Translations under genes and position numbers: made by a program
From: Lama glama
Taxonomy: Eukaryota
Assembly: GCA_028534125.1 (NCBI GenBank)
Contig: CM052816.1
Span: 3,536,001 to 3,600,000, forward strand
DNA: 64,000 nucleotides
Direction: 5' to 3'
In this document: in pieces, positions 48,820 through 61,605 of the stretch
Position numbering within the stretch: the stretch's first letter is position 1
Layout of the letters: each line of letters begins with the position of its first letter
Notes under the pieces: generated by a model
The model's input: only the letters and a program-made list of their open reading frames with translations
Database searches by the model: none
Told to the model about the DNA's origin: nothing

Positions 48820-50340
48820 TAGCTCAGTTGAGACCCCGAAGGGGTGACTATACCCTAGGAATATAGGTGAATCAGGAATATATCAGGTTTTCGAAGACTG
48901 AAATTCAGCATTGAATTGCTTAGTTCTTGACTGAGTTAAGGTGAGCAGTTTCAGTTTTAATTGCCTGCCAGAAGCTAAAAGAAAATCTCCTCTGGAGAAG
49001 CAACACTGTCCAGAGCTTCAGGTGAAAATACAGTAGAAACAGACTCACTGGTGGCCCAGATATTGGCGTTAGCAAGTACAGATGTTAAAATAGTGGAGAA
49101 GGTCGCCAGAGACCTGGAACTCATTTTTATATTATGTACACATTCTAGAGCTGAAAGTTGTAGCAACTGAAATTAAGAATACAATTAATAGCTTTAACAA
49201 CTGATTAAACATAGGTGATCTGGAAGGTAGGTTGGAAAAAAATATTCACATTTCAGATATAGCGAGAAGAAGGATAGAAAACAGAAAACGAAAGACATAT
49301 AGAACAATGTGAAAAGGTGGACTGTGCATGTGATGGAAGTCCTGTATAAGAGGAGAAGAAAGGGACAGAAAAAATATTTGAAGAAATATTGGCTGAGAAT
49401 TTCCCCAAACTGATTAAAAATATCAAGCCACAGATTAAAGAATAATAAGGATACACCAAAAAAAAAAAAAAACTAATACACACAGTAAAATTGCTAAAAG
49501 CCAAAGACACAGAGAAGATTATAAAAGCAGCCAGAGACAATAAAACAAAATAAAAATAAATGTAATGGAAGGCAAAAGGTAATTAAATGACATTTTTAAA
49601 CTGCTAAAAATGAACTATAGTCATTGAAGATATTCAAATATGAAGTCAAAACATAAAGCTGTCACAAATAAACAAAAAAGGACAGAATTCATCTTTAGGA
49701 GAACCACACTGAAAGGAAAATTAACAAAACTTCAGAAGGACGGAATGTAATCTCAGACAGAAACCTGGAAATACAAGAAAAGACTGAGAGAAAAAGAAAT
49801 GGTAAATCCATGGGTGTATCTAAAGGAATATTGACTAGGTATAAAACAACATTAACAGTATCTTGTGGTGGTTGAAATATAAGTGAAATAAAATACATGT
49901 GGACATCAGTACAGAATGTGGGAGGTCCGTGGAGATAGTGTTCACAAATTCTTCTGTTATCTGGGAAGCAGTAAAATGAATTTATGTTGGTTTACTACAT
50001 TAATGATGCGTGCTATGATGTCTAGGGTAAATGCTAAAAGAATAGTGAAGGCTGACAAACAGATGAGAAAAAATGGAATAATGTATTTTATTCAAAATAA
50101 GACATGAAAGATGAAAAATGAAAATCTCAACAGATAAGTAAAAAAAAAGGAAAATTGTATATTTAAATCCAACTATTGGTAATTAAATGTTGATAGTTTA
50201 AATACTTCAATCAGAAGTCAAAGCTTCTCTGACTAGGTAAGAAACAAAACCTAACAATATGTTACTTAGAGAAGACATCTGTTAGATACAAGTGTAGTAA
50301 GACTGAACAAAAAGTTGCAGAAAGAAAATATTTCAGGTTT
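48820..50340 (+). mobile_element. Old L1M 5'/ORF1-to-ORF2-start remnant (only clearly + oriented L1)
   Basis: A-rich; gaaaaaatatttgaagaaatattggctgagaatttccccaaactgatt encodes the ORF1 motif EKIFEEILAENFPKL. Confidence 0.8.
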
Positions 50341-50562
50341 GCATGTTTGGGAATGTAAACTTTGTATGCCATCTTTTGTGGCTATCAAGGGTCTGCTTTT
50401 AATTATTTTTAGGGCTCGTATTGGGTTTATCTTAGGTAGATTTGATTAAAATGCTTTCTCTGAAATTTCATTTGTCAGATTTTTTAGTTAAGCTTTTTTA
50501 TATGGAGAATTTCAAACAAATACAAAATAGAAATACTACCTTAATTTATAATTATTGATTCA

Positions 50563-51062
50563 NNNNNNNNNNNNNNNNNNNNNNNNNNNNNNNNNNNNNN
50601 NNNNNNNNNNNNNNNNNNNNNNNNNNNNNNNNNNNNNNNNNNNNNNNNNNNNNNNNNNNNNNNNNNNNNNNNNNNNNNNNNNNNNNNNNNNNNNNNNNNN
50701 NNNNNNNNNNNNNNNNNNNNNNNNNNNNNNNNNNNNNNNNNNNNNNNNNNNNNNNNNNNNNNNNNNNNNNNNNNNNNNNNNNNNNNNNNNNNNNNNNNNN
50801 NNNNNNNNNNNNNNNNNNNNNNNNNNNNNNNNNNNNNNNNNNNNNNNNNNNNNNNNNNNNNNNNNNNNNNNNNNNNNNNNNNNNNNNNNNNNNNNNNNNN
50901 NNNNNNNNNNNNNNNNNNNNNNNNNNNNNNNNNNNNNNNNNNNNNNNNNNNNNNNNNNNNNNNNNNNNNNNNNNNNNNNNNNNNNNNNNNNNNNNNNNNN
51001 NNNNNNNNNNNNNNNNNNNNNNNNNNNNNNNNNNNNNNNNNNNNNNNNNNNNNNNNNNNNNN
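50563..51062. other. Assembly gap (500 N)
   Basis: Run of N. Confidence 1.
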
Positions 51063-51780
51063 AGAGACTATTCCAGGCAGAGAGGATGTCAGGTGCATAT
51101 GTCTTAAGGATGGAATTACGCTGGCAGATTCAAGGAACAGAAGACCAGGATGGTTAGAATAAACATGTGAAAAGGGATTAAAAATTGAGTTTGGAGGCGC
51201 AGATAGGACCAGATCATGGAAAGGCTGGTAGGCCAAGCAGGGATAGGAAGCTGGATTTTATTCTAACATGTCAGGAAGACATCTGGAGAGTTGGAGCAGT
51301 GTGATGATATGATCTGCCTTACATTTTTTAAAAGGCTATTCTGGCATCTGTACTAGAAATTGATAAGTAAGGGGAAGGAGGCAAGAATAGAGTAAAGAAG
51401 CCAGCTGGAGGCTGTTTTGATTGTCCAGATGAGCACTAATTGAAGCCTGCAGCCAGGGGTTGGGGACACCAGTGGTCATGGTTGGAAGTGGTTTTCTGGT
51501 GGATGTATATGAAAGTAGATCTGAAAAGTCTTGCCAGTGGACTGGACACTGGTGAGATGCTGCATACAAAGGGAGTGAGGGTTTCAGGAGAGTGTTCACT
51601 TCTTGCTGGAGAGCTGGGTTTGAAGGGGCGCTCAGAGGAGGTGGTAGGAGCTGGCAGTCTTTGTCGGGACCTGCCATGAACAAAGCCACGGCAGCAGAGA
51701 CACGAACGTGACATCAAGAGAAAGGCAAAGGTGGGTCTGGGGTTCCCATGAGAGAAAAAGGGTGCGATAAGTCTGCAGAG
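51063..51780 (-). mobile_element. L2 fragment
   Basis: attccaggcagagagga...gaccagatcatggaaagg...tggattttattctaa...gatatgatctgccttacatttt. Confidence 0.85.
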
Positions 51781-51859
51781 GGAGCTCACGGCTGGACCTG
51801 GAAGCACCTTCCATGCCGTGTTCAGGTATTTGATTTCCTAGAGTGGGCATTGGGGAGCC

Positions 51860-52165
51860 GTATCTGTCAGGAGTGCATTTAGTGGCAAGTAACTGAAAAC
51901 TTTTGAAGTACCTTAAAGAGGACTTGAATTTTCTTTCATCATAAAAAATCTGGAGGGAGTTAGTTTGGGACAGTGAGGCTGCTCATACCATCGGGGACCC
52001 TGATACTGTCTCTTTTTTCATCTTTAACATGTGGGCTTCCATCCATGTGCCTGGTGCCTCATGGTGACTAGTTGGCTCTGGTACGAATGTGGGCATCATC
52101 TGTACCCTGGACAGAAAGAAGGGACCAAGAGGGCATGAAATAGCAAAGGCTGTGCCAATCTCCTC
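51860..52165 (-). mobile_element. MLT1J-like LTR fragment
   Basis: tgcatttagtggcaagtaactgaaaac...ccatcggggaccc...gcctcatggtgac. Confidence 0.65.
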
Positions 52166-52167
52166 TT

Positions 52168-52545
52168 CTTTTCTTGTGGTAAAATATATATAACATAAAA
52201 TCTGCCATTTCAACCATTTTTTAAGTGTACAGTTCAGTGACATTAACAACACATAAAGTTGTACACCGTCATCAGTAACGACTTCCAAAATGTTCATCAC
52301 CCCAAATAGAAGCTTTTAAGCAGTAACTCTCATTTTTTCCCTTTTCCCAGTCCTGTGAAACCTTGATTTTTTTTGGTGGAGGAGGTAATTGGGTCTACTT
52401 AATTATTTACTTTTTAGAGGAGGTACTAGGGATTGAACCCAGGACCTGGTGCATGCTAAGCATGTGCTCTACCACTTGAGCTATACCTTCCCCCTCCGTC
52501 AGCCCTGGGAAATCCTGAAGCTAGTTTCTGTCTCTGTGAATTTTT
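52168..52545 (-). mobile_element. L1MB-type 3' end hosting a Vic-1 SINE
   Basis: ttgtggtaaaatatatataacataaaatctgccattt...taagtgtacagttcagtgacattaa. Confidence 0.85.
52368..52495 (-). mobile_element. Vic-1-type SINE
   Basis: ggaggtaattggg...gaggaggtactagggattgaacccaggacctggtgcatgctaagcatgtgctctaccacttgagctatacc. Degenerate TSD cagtcctgtgaaaccttga / cagccctgggaaatcctga. Confidence 0.9.
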
Positions 52546-52838
52546 TGTCAGTCCCTGTTGATCAGGAAAACAGATACTTCCAAGAATCTCCGTTCAGGAA
52601 CCTTGTATATAATATTTTGGTTTTGCCTTCTGTGAAATTTCCTTTTCCTCCACACCTCCTGCTCCCTTCTGTCATGTCTCTTCGTTCCCTTCCTTGTTGG
52701 TCAGTAAGGGGATCACTGAAGACCAGGATGGTCTTTGGAGACAGATGATTTGGAAAGGAATGTGACTGACTTGCAGAGAATGAAAAAAAAAAAAACAGTG
52801 GAAGCATATGTAACAGTATAAGCAGAGGAAAGGAAGCG

Positions 52839-54285
52839 TGTAAGGGTTCTGGCCACCAATTCTGATTCATGAAGTGGGGTGGGGCAATTCTCCAATATCA
52901 GCTGAGTGTCCTATGGATTAACTCAATTCTGACATTGTCTCCCTGGAGATCCCTTCATAATCCCACAGGTTAAGGGCCCTGTCCCGTAAGAATGCCATTT
53001 GCAAGTCCACTTTGTCGCCTGTGCTTCTGACTAACTGGCTATAGATCAGAGGTTCCCTCTCCTCAGGCTCCGTTTATTTGCTAGAGTGGCTCACAAAACT
53101 CAAGAGAAACATTTTATCTACTAGATTACCTGTTCATTATAAAATGGTACAACTCAGGAACAGCCAGATGGAAGAGATGCGTCAGGGCAAGGCATGGGGA
53201 AAGGACCCCAAGCTTCCACGCTTTCTGGGCACGCCACTCTTCCCAAACCTCCACACTGTCACTAACCTGGAAGCTTTTTAAACCTTGTCCTTTTTTTTTA
53301 AATTTTCTATATGGAAGCTTCATTACATAGGCATGATTGATAAAAATATTGGTCACTGGTGATGATTCTGTTAGCATTACATCATGTAGCAAAGCCAATC
53401 GGCTAACACTGGGTTGTAGTGAAGGAGAAAGTAAAGCATTTATTGCAAGGTACTCAGCAAGGAATATGGATGGCGAATGTTCAAAAGACCTGAATTCCTT
53501 GATGGCTTGGGGGAAGGGATTTTAAAGGCAAAGTGAGGCACCAGGTCATGGGGAACATGATCAGCTTGTGCACATTTTTCTGTTTGATGGGTGGTGAGGT
53601 AACCCAGGTGAGGCCACAGGGCTGAACATTATCAGTCCTCAGGCTCCAGCCAGCCTGAGGGCTACATGCTCAGGGTCACCCCTCTCCATCCAGTTGGGGT
53701 CAGGGCTTTTGCATAACAACTGAGGAATGTGTGTTAGAATTTATCTTTACTTTTGAGATAGAACTGGGAGCCCTTGCGGCTGATTTATTTAAGTTGTGTT
53801 TTTTTTTCTCTGCCTGACTGTCCTACCTTTTTTTTTTCTGCGTTCGTTGGCTTTTTGCATCAACTGCTGCGGCTTGCTTCTCTCTCTGTCTCCCCCCTCA
53901 TGAAGGGTCTAGGTGGCCCTGGTGTAGTTCCGCAGTTTTTTCTCATCACCAGTAAGCAGAGGACACACTAGGCAAGCTTGTCACCGGGATGGCCCCTATG
54001 TAGGTCTGCTTGGTTTCAATTCAACCTCTAGTTCCTCTTCCCTCCCTAGAGGGTGGGAGAGATGAGGGTGGAACTGGAAGTTCCTTCCTCTCATCCCTTG
54101 GTTGCGTCTCCTGGCAGCTACCCCTCATCCTTAGGTGCCATCCCTGGGTGTGGTCTGAAAGCCCCTCGTTAACGTAAGAGAACACTTTTATCTTCTCATC
54201 ACTCAGGCAATTCCAAAGGTTCATTGCCAGAAATGGGGATGAAGACCAAATGTATATTTCTGACTATAAATCCCAGCATGAGTCA
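52839..54285 (-). mobile_element. MER21-type LTR split by a nested ERV1 LTR
   Basis: cagctgagtgtcct...aattctgacattgtctccctggagat...atttgctagagtggctcaca...caggaacagccagatggaagagatgc. Resumes at 54023 and ends gaagaccaaatgtatatttc. Confidence 0.88.
53369..54018 (-). mobile_element. 650-bp ERV1-type solo LTR with 4-bp TSD
   Basis: TG...CA termini, ATTC at 53365-53368 and 54019-54022, and tttatt (AATAAA on -) near 53439. Confidence 0.88.
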
Positions 54286-54439
54286 GGGAGATTTTGGTGG
54301 GTAGTGTGGAGGTAGGTCTGAAGGGGGATGAAGGGTTTGGTTCTGGGCAACATCAGGTTGTGAGCTAGAGACCAGAGAGAAAGGGGCAGACAGGTGTAAG
54401 CAGTGTTGTTTGGCGCACTGTGCTGGTCTGCAGGTGCGC

Positions 54440-54692
54440 ACTCCGGCGTCTGCTTCTGTGTTCCCGTGGCGCTCTCCATGTGTGTCCCTGAGTCTCCACA
54501 CGGCCTTCTCTTCCCAGTGTCCGTTTTCTCCCAAGGACAGGTCATGTTGGATTAGGTTCCGCCTAGTGAGCATGACCTCCTTTTGGCTTGGTTGCATCTG
54601 CAAGGCCTCTGTCTACAAATGAATTCACATTCCCAGGTACTAGGGGTTAGGACTTCAGCAACTCTTTTTGGGGAACACAGCAACCCACAACA
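54440..54692 (-). mobile_element. MLT1A-C-type LTR fragment
   Basis: gtcatgttggattagg...catctgcaaggcctctgt...cacattcccaggtactaggggttaggacttcagca...aacccacaaca. Confidence 0.85.
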
Positions 54693-57186
54693 CTACCTCA
54701 CGGATTTTCTCTTTAAAAAGCTGCTTCTTTGGTATCTGCTATCTGCTCTTTTGATTCCCCCCTCCTTATCTACTATGATTATCTTAAGCCTTCTTTCTCT
54801 GTCCTGAATTCATCTTCATTTGTTTCTGTTCTTCTTTTGCTGCCTCTAATTTATTCATTAGTTCGAAAATGGTGTGCTTCTAGTTTGGTTCTTAATTGGT
54901 TTCCTTAGGTTTACCCTATCCCTTTATGTTTACTTCTGTAGCTTTATTGGCTAGACTTGGAGAGGTTTAAGTTTTTTGCTTTTCGCTCCCAAATAATCTT
55001 CCTCTCATTAATCTCTTCTCCTGGACAGAGCACTTGGGAGTGATCCTCGGGGTATGCTTTCGGTGAAACCGAGATATTAATCTTTTGAACGCCATATTTT
55101 CTTGAGAATTTTCATTACGACCTTGCTTCTTTTTGCATTATTCTTGCTTAAGAGAGCTGCTCCGTAGACTCCCTCCCTCCTCGGGCAGCTTGAGAGGAAA
55201 CCCCCCCCCCCCGCCTTCTTCCCACTATTACCTGAGACTTGACTTACCCTCCAGCTGCAGCTGGAAGATACAGGTTGTGCCCCGCCCCGACCCTTCGCTG
55301 TGTTCTGTGGGTGTGGGGGCGGGGAGGAGAGTTCAGCTGGGGTGGGCCTGCAGCCTTAGAGGAACTGGTTTCTGGGCTTTTTTCCTTAAGTTTCATTTTC
55401 TGTCCTGTGCCTGGGATTGCTGCACTTGATGAAAGGTAGGGTGATAGATATGCTCTAGATGGTTCTTGCAGTGCAGCACGGGGGCCAGGAGCCTATGCTT
55501 CTGCGCAAGCAGGTCATGTGACTGCTCACTTCCTTTTTATTTCTCCTCACCCAGGCCATTTCTAAGCACTTCCTTGATGTCAAAAGAGACAAAAAGGATA
55601 CCATTCTTCCATTGTTTGTCCAGTTTGTGGGAGTATCGAGGGACATTCTCAGGAGTTGTAGTAACCTCTGGGGATTGGATAGGAACTGATGTCCCTTCTA
55701 CCCTGTAGAGATTTTGGCATTTGATTTCCTTGTTTGTTTTAGGCTGTTTTTTTTTCCCCGGTAACTGTTCTTTTTCTTGCTTTTATTGTTTAGGAGAGGA
55801 GGGAGACTCTCCGAATCAGTTCTCTCTCTCTCTCTACCTGAGTCTATGTCCTGAGCCTTTTAGTGATGCCAGGCTGCCAGCTGGTGATTTTTCCACTAAT
55901 AAAAAGGCAAGCTCCTTAGATATTTTTGTAACTTACTTTAACTCTTCGCACGTTTCTCCCCAACGCTATTATTCTGCAGTCTGATTTAGAGAACTCCATT
56001 GAGATGTCAACTTGTGTTATGATTGAAAGGCCAGGTTGCTGGTCTTCCTCCCCCGCCCCCAAAATCAAAGGCTGTAGATGTGAAATAAGAAGCATTCAAA
56101 TTCATTGTTCACTTACCTTCTTTCATTCAGCAGTCAGACTGAAGTCACCAAAGGTTATATTTTAGATCTTGCTGATTTTTAAAACTCTGGGAACTGTTAG
56201 CTCGTTGGAAATGAAAGAAGCTCAAAATGTGTTTCTCGGGCCAGTTCTGCAGGAGAACCTGTAGTAACCTGGTCAATATTTCTGAAGTGAAGGGTTTGGG
56301 GCTGTGCTGGGAGGTTCAGAACTAGTCAGACAGAATCCTGTCCTTGTAACCGGAGGTGTTTATCAGTTACTTTTCAGGGCTTAGGAGACTGATTAATAAA
56401 TCAAAGAAATCGTGATAGATGAGTTCAGGGTGGCTGGGCTTTTACCTCCTGGGAGATAAGCCTTGCGTCTTCAGAAGCATTTTTGTTTCCCTTATGTAGG
56501 AGAAATACAGTGTTGAATCCAAATGCTTTGGTATAATGGATATACTTAAGTCAAACCAAGATTTGGCCAGATCCCCATCAGAAGCGTTTAGAAGACAAAA
56601 CAGCACAGACCGGGGTTTTTGTTTGTTTCTTTGTTTTACTGCTTCTAGCTTTTGGTGGCCTCCTGTTTCTGGTGTCTTTAGGACGCGAAGAAGGTTCTTT
56701 CTGAGCCTGAGCACCCAGTCCTGCTCAGGAATTTCAGGGCATCAGATTCGAGCTGGTTAATAATGGACCACTGGGTGTCAGTATTGTCTGTTCATACCTT
56801 TAGCCAGACTTAGACTGAGTTGTCCTTGTCAGAGGCTGTCTGGCTTTGTTGGAATCTAGGATCTTGGATTGTCTGTCCAAGCCAGGAAGGACCATCTAGT
56901 CCAACCAGCTTTCTTCAAAGATGGAGACTGAGTCACGGAAAAGGGACAGCAGATCCACATTCAGGTTGGAGTCTCCACCCCGAGCTCCCCAGACTGTCTC
57001 ACACTCAGATGTCCATGGGACTGGGTAGATAAGAGTCACATGGGTTCACATTTGCCTAAGCAAGAAGCAATGCTCTCTTCTTCCCCATAGAAATCAACTT
57101 TTTCCCATTTTTCTTGATACACTTAGTATATTTCTGGTTTTACCAGTATTGATACAAATTTTCTTCTGTCTTTTGTTTTTAAAACT

Positions 57187-57337
57187 CTTTTTTTTTAATT
57201 TATCACATCGGAGGAGGGGAGGTAATTAGGTTTATTTATTTATTTACTCATTTATTTTTAAGGGAGGTACAGGGGATCGAACCCAGGACCTCGTGCATGT
57301 TAAGCATGCACTCTAACTGCTGAGCTATGCCCTCCCA
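57187..57337 (-). mobile_element. Vic-1-type SINE
   Basis: gggggaggtaattaggtttatttatt...ggaggtacaggggatcgaacccaggacctcgtgcatgttaagcatgcactctaactgctgagctatgccctccc. Confidence 0.92.
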
Positions 57338-58559
57338 ACTTCCTTCAACAGCGGCAACAAAAAGGCTGCAGAAGCATGATGAAGCATGCTTTCCCTTGGC
57401 AACATGTCGGGGAAACAATGGGGAAAGAGTAACGGGCCAGGGTGTTACATGCCAGCAAGGTGATGGGGTCCTGGCACAGGTGGGTCTTCAGATTTTTCGA
57501 ACGAAGTCGATCTGGTGTGTTCTGTGAATTTTTCTCATATAATTTGACTCAGACTTAAAGAAGAAAGCATTTGTGGGTTAGATATGGAACTTGTAGAATA
57601 ACAGGCAACAATCTCTGAAGTAAAATGTGGGAAGTGTTCTCTTCGGACGTGGATTCTTTTGCCTACATTATCCAGTCTCAGTTAATTGATCAGTTCCAGC
57701 AGGATGAGGGAAGGTCTCTTGGGAGATGCACAGGGTTTACGTGTCTTTAGGGACTGAAACCCTTTTTTCTTCGGAAAAAGAAATGTTCTGTACGGCTGTT
57801 GGAGGGAATGGTTTAGATCAGAAAGGTTAAACATCTAGACTCGACCTCACTTGATCCAGGAGAGCCTGGGGAAGTTCATTGAGTACCACGTGCTCAGTGC
57901 TGCATAACTTTCTGTTGGGACTGTGCTCGGGCAGGAGCCATGGGAGGGACAGCATCTTCAGGGCTCTCCAACCCTGAGGATTTGCCCCTTTAAGGACTGG
58001 CATCCTAAAGGGATGAAGGAGCTGTTCTCGGGCTCACAGAGATGGTACAGGCTTTAGAGAGAATGTACTCCAGACACCTTCATCAGACACAGACGGTAGG
58101 AAGCACAGATGGGGCAGTGCCTACTCAAAGCCACACAGCTGGTGGCCGAGGACTCCTGATCCCAGCTCTCCTACGTCCTGGTCTGGCATTGCCACTGGGA
58201 GCTGGTGAGGACGAGCCTGTTGCCCAGCTGTTGGACAGCACCGCCAGCTGTGTGTGTGCAAATAGCCATGGTCAGGAGGCAAAAGAGAACAGTTATATAA
58301 AAGGAGGAGTAGGCTCTGGAAGAAAGAACCCATTTAGCTTTAGAAATAGTACTTATATCTAGAAAAGAACAGCCCCTGGAACAAGTACCCAGGAAGCTGA
58401 ATAGTTCATTGTTTTCGGAAACATTTGAGTTTGGAAATCAGTGGATTCATTGTGTTCTCCGCCTGCATTTCTCTGGTGTATTGGTATTTACTTAGAGTCC
58501 TCCTGGAGTCAGCAAAGGGGGAAAATACTCGGCTGTCATAATAATCTGCTGGGTAAATA

Positions 58560-58700
58560 ATGTTAAATTGTACAGGAGGATGCGCAGGGGCTACATGGAC
58601 TTAATCTGCAGCAAGAAGGACTTAAGTTAGACACTTGGAAGAATGTCTTGGCAGGAAGGATTTAAGATTAGAATGTGTTCTTGGCAGAGATTATGGTTCT
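58560..58700 (+). mobile_element. L3/CR1 fragment
   Basis: atggacttaatctgcagcaagaaggacttaagttagacacttggaagaat matches the CR1 3' region. Confidence 0.65.
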
Positions 58701-59631
58701 TTTAAAACCCTATTATTGTGGCTATCATAGTTCAAGGAAACTGTCTCTATTGTCACAGTTAGCTTCCTAAAACATCAGTATGACCATACAGATAGTCCTT
58801 TCATAAAAACTTGCATTATTTTTTAACTGTCGCTTTCTGGGTTTGGCACACAAGTTCACTCCATAATGTGACCTGAGATCGTTTTTCTTACCTGGAAGTA
58901 ATTGAGGTTTTTTTCGATTGAAAACACTGAAGAGAGCCATCTGTGATCAGGTAAGATGAGGAAATGTTAAACAGGTCTTTCTGATGGAGAATCACAAAGC
59001 ACGGATGGAAGTCTTTGAAAAATCCTGAAGTGAGGAAAGTGGTGCCAGCCACTCGCCAAAACATGCTTAGAAACTGCCGCCTCCTTACCTCCCATCACGT
59101 CATCAGATTTCGCTTGAGCCCCAAGGACCTTTCTCTCAGATAAACACTAATCTTGTCCTTCGTTGCCCTGGCTGATAAACTTCTCGTTAAGTCCCATTCA
59201 AGTGCCAGGTGTACTAGTTTGCCTCTTCTCTGAAGCTTTTCCAAACTTCCATGAAAAGGGTTCGATGCTTCTTTCAATCGCTGTCCGAGCCTTTGTCCAT
59301 AGTGTGCTTGTCACACATATCATGTGCAATGAGAATGTCCGGGCTGCTTCCCTCTGTAGCCTCATCTCGGAATCCCCAACGCCCAGCAACGCGCCTGCCA
59401 ATGGTTGGTACCGATGGTACCTCATGCACATCTGTTAAATGGGTGACCACAGCCTAACTCCAGGAGCCAAAGGCAGCAAGTGGGTTAGTGATTATCCTAA
59501 CCCTTTTTGCTTTGTGAATATGGACTAAATTTTTGGGGAAGGAGGTGGTACTGAGTGCGCCATCTGTGCCCAGTTCTGTGCTGGGCATTTCCACTGAAGG
59601 ACCAGACATTGCTGTAGCATTATAGAAAGTC

Positions 59632-59747
59632 TTTTTTTTTGGTTGGGGGAAGATTAAGTTTATTTATTTATTGGAGGTACTGGGGATTGAACCCAGGACT
59701 TTCTGCATGTTAGGCATGCACTCTACCACTGAGCTATACCCTTTCCC
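59632..59747 (-). mobile_element. Vic-1-type SINE
   Basis: tggaggtactggggattgaacccaggactttctgcatgttaggcatgcactctaccactgagctataccc. Degenerate TSD tatagaaagtctt / tctagaacgtcct. Confidence 0.92.
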
Positions 59748-61605
59748 TCTAGAACGTCCTGAAATTTAGTAGTTTAAGTTGTTGAAATTTATCTTTTCTC
59801 AAGATTTTCATAGCTGGGCTAGATCTTTTATATTTTAAGGAAATTTAGTACCCTCTTGTCAATTTCTGCACACACACACACACAAACACACACACAGAAA
59901 CCTGTAAGGATTTTGATAGTGATTGCACTGATTTTATACCTTATTTTGGGAGGGAGGGTAATTGATATCTTAAGAATAATGTCTTGTAATTTATGAATAT
60001 GGAATATATCTACTAAATGGATTTTTAAATATTAACCTTGCATTGCTGAGATAAAGCTCACTTGGTCATTATATATTATCCTTTTTCATACAGTGCTCTA
60101 TTCTATTCGCTGATGTTGTTTAAGGGGTTTTATATCTCTATTTAGTTCTTTTCCTATAAAAAATGTTGGACGTTGATATCGGGAAAATGCTGGCCTCACA
60201 CCAGGCATGGGGATAGTTTTCTCTCTGGTCTCTGAATGACTCTGTAAAATTGGTATTATTCCTCTGCATGAGGGTTTGGTAGAGTTACCACTGAAGCTAT
60301 CTTGTCAGGAATTTACTTTGTGGAATGGTTTTAACTTACAGATTCTAAATCTTCTGATACAGAAATACTTAGTTTTTCTTCTTGTGTCCATTCTGGTAAG
60401 ATGCGTTTTCAAGCACTTCGTTCATTTCATCTAGCTGCTCAAATGTATTGGCATAACATTGTTCATAATCTCTTGTTTATCTTTTGATGTCTGTAGTGAT
60501 GTCCCCTTTTCCCCCTGATAGTCACATTTTTAATTTTATCTTTTTTCTTGATGAGTCTTGCAAGGAAGTTAAGTTTTAATAATTTTTTCAAAGAATTCGT
60601 TTTTTACCTTATTGATTTTCTCTTTTCTATTTCATTGATTTCTGCTCTTCATTTCCACGTCCCCCCCCCAATTTTATTGTTAGATTCATGAGAAGGAAGC
60701 TTAAATAATTGATTTGAAATGTGTTTTTAATATACTCAATGAAAGCTGTAAGATTTCCTCTAAACTCTGCTTTAGATCAATCCCACAAATTTTGACATGT
60801 TGAATTTTCATTGTTTTTCCTTCCAAGTTTTACGGACTTTAAATATTATTTCTTCTTTAACTCACGGGTTATTTAGAAATATATTATTTAATTTTCAAGC
60901 ATTTGGAGATTTTCTAGCTGTCTTTATACATTGATTCCTGGTTCAATTCTATTACGGGCAGGCAACTTTTTTGTTTCTTTCATTGCTTTTAAACTTTTGA
61001 GACCTGCTCTACATAGTGACGTATAATCTACTTTGGAAAATATTACATGTGCCCTTGAAAAGACCGTGTATTCTGAAGTTGTTGTTTGTCATATTTAATA
61101 CATATCTATTCGGTAAAATTGGCTAGTGGTATTGGTCAAACTCTTCTTGGCCTATAGTGAACATTACTGAATACTTTTGTTAAGTTGATTAACTGCTAGT
61201 TTACAGAGATATGTTAATACCTCCAGCTTTGTGAATGTATCTTTCTCTTCTTAGTTCCATCAAATCTAGCTTTGATTTCTGCTCCATGCATTTGGAAGTG
61301 ATGCTGTTATTGGCATATGTACTTGGAATGATACCTTCTTGATTAACCCACTGTTGTGTTATTATGAAATTCTCCTTTATCTCTAATAATACTCCATGTT
61401 TTGAAGTCTACTTTGTCTGATATTTACATAGTCACACAAGCTTTAACAATTAAGAGTGTATTGCATATTTTTTCATTCCTTTTGCTTTCAACCTATCTGT
61501 GCATTTATATTTAAAGTGTGTCTTATAAACAAAATATAGTTGTTATTTTATTTTTTCCAGTCTGTCTGGAAAACCTGTCTGCCAGATTGTCTGACAGTCT
61601 GTCTT

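Noticed and set aside
50541..51236. 231-aa and 200-aa ORFs
   Set aside because: Artefacts of translating through the 500-N gap.
55556..55708. Acceptor-like site followed by open frames
   Set aside because: It lies in what looks like decayed antisense L1-derived sequence, with no convincing donor and no recognisable peptide.
58895..58925. Resemblance to the MADE1 mariner MITE arm
   Set aside because: Short, one-armed match without the palindrome, and MADE1 is a primate element.
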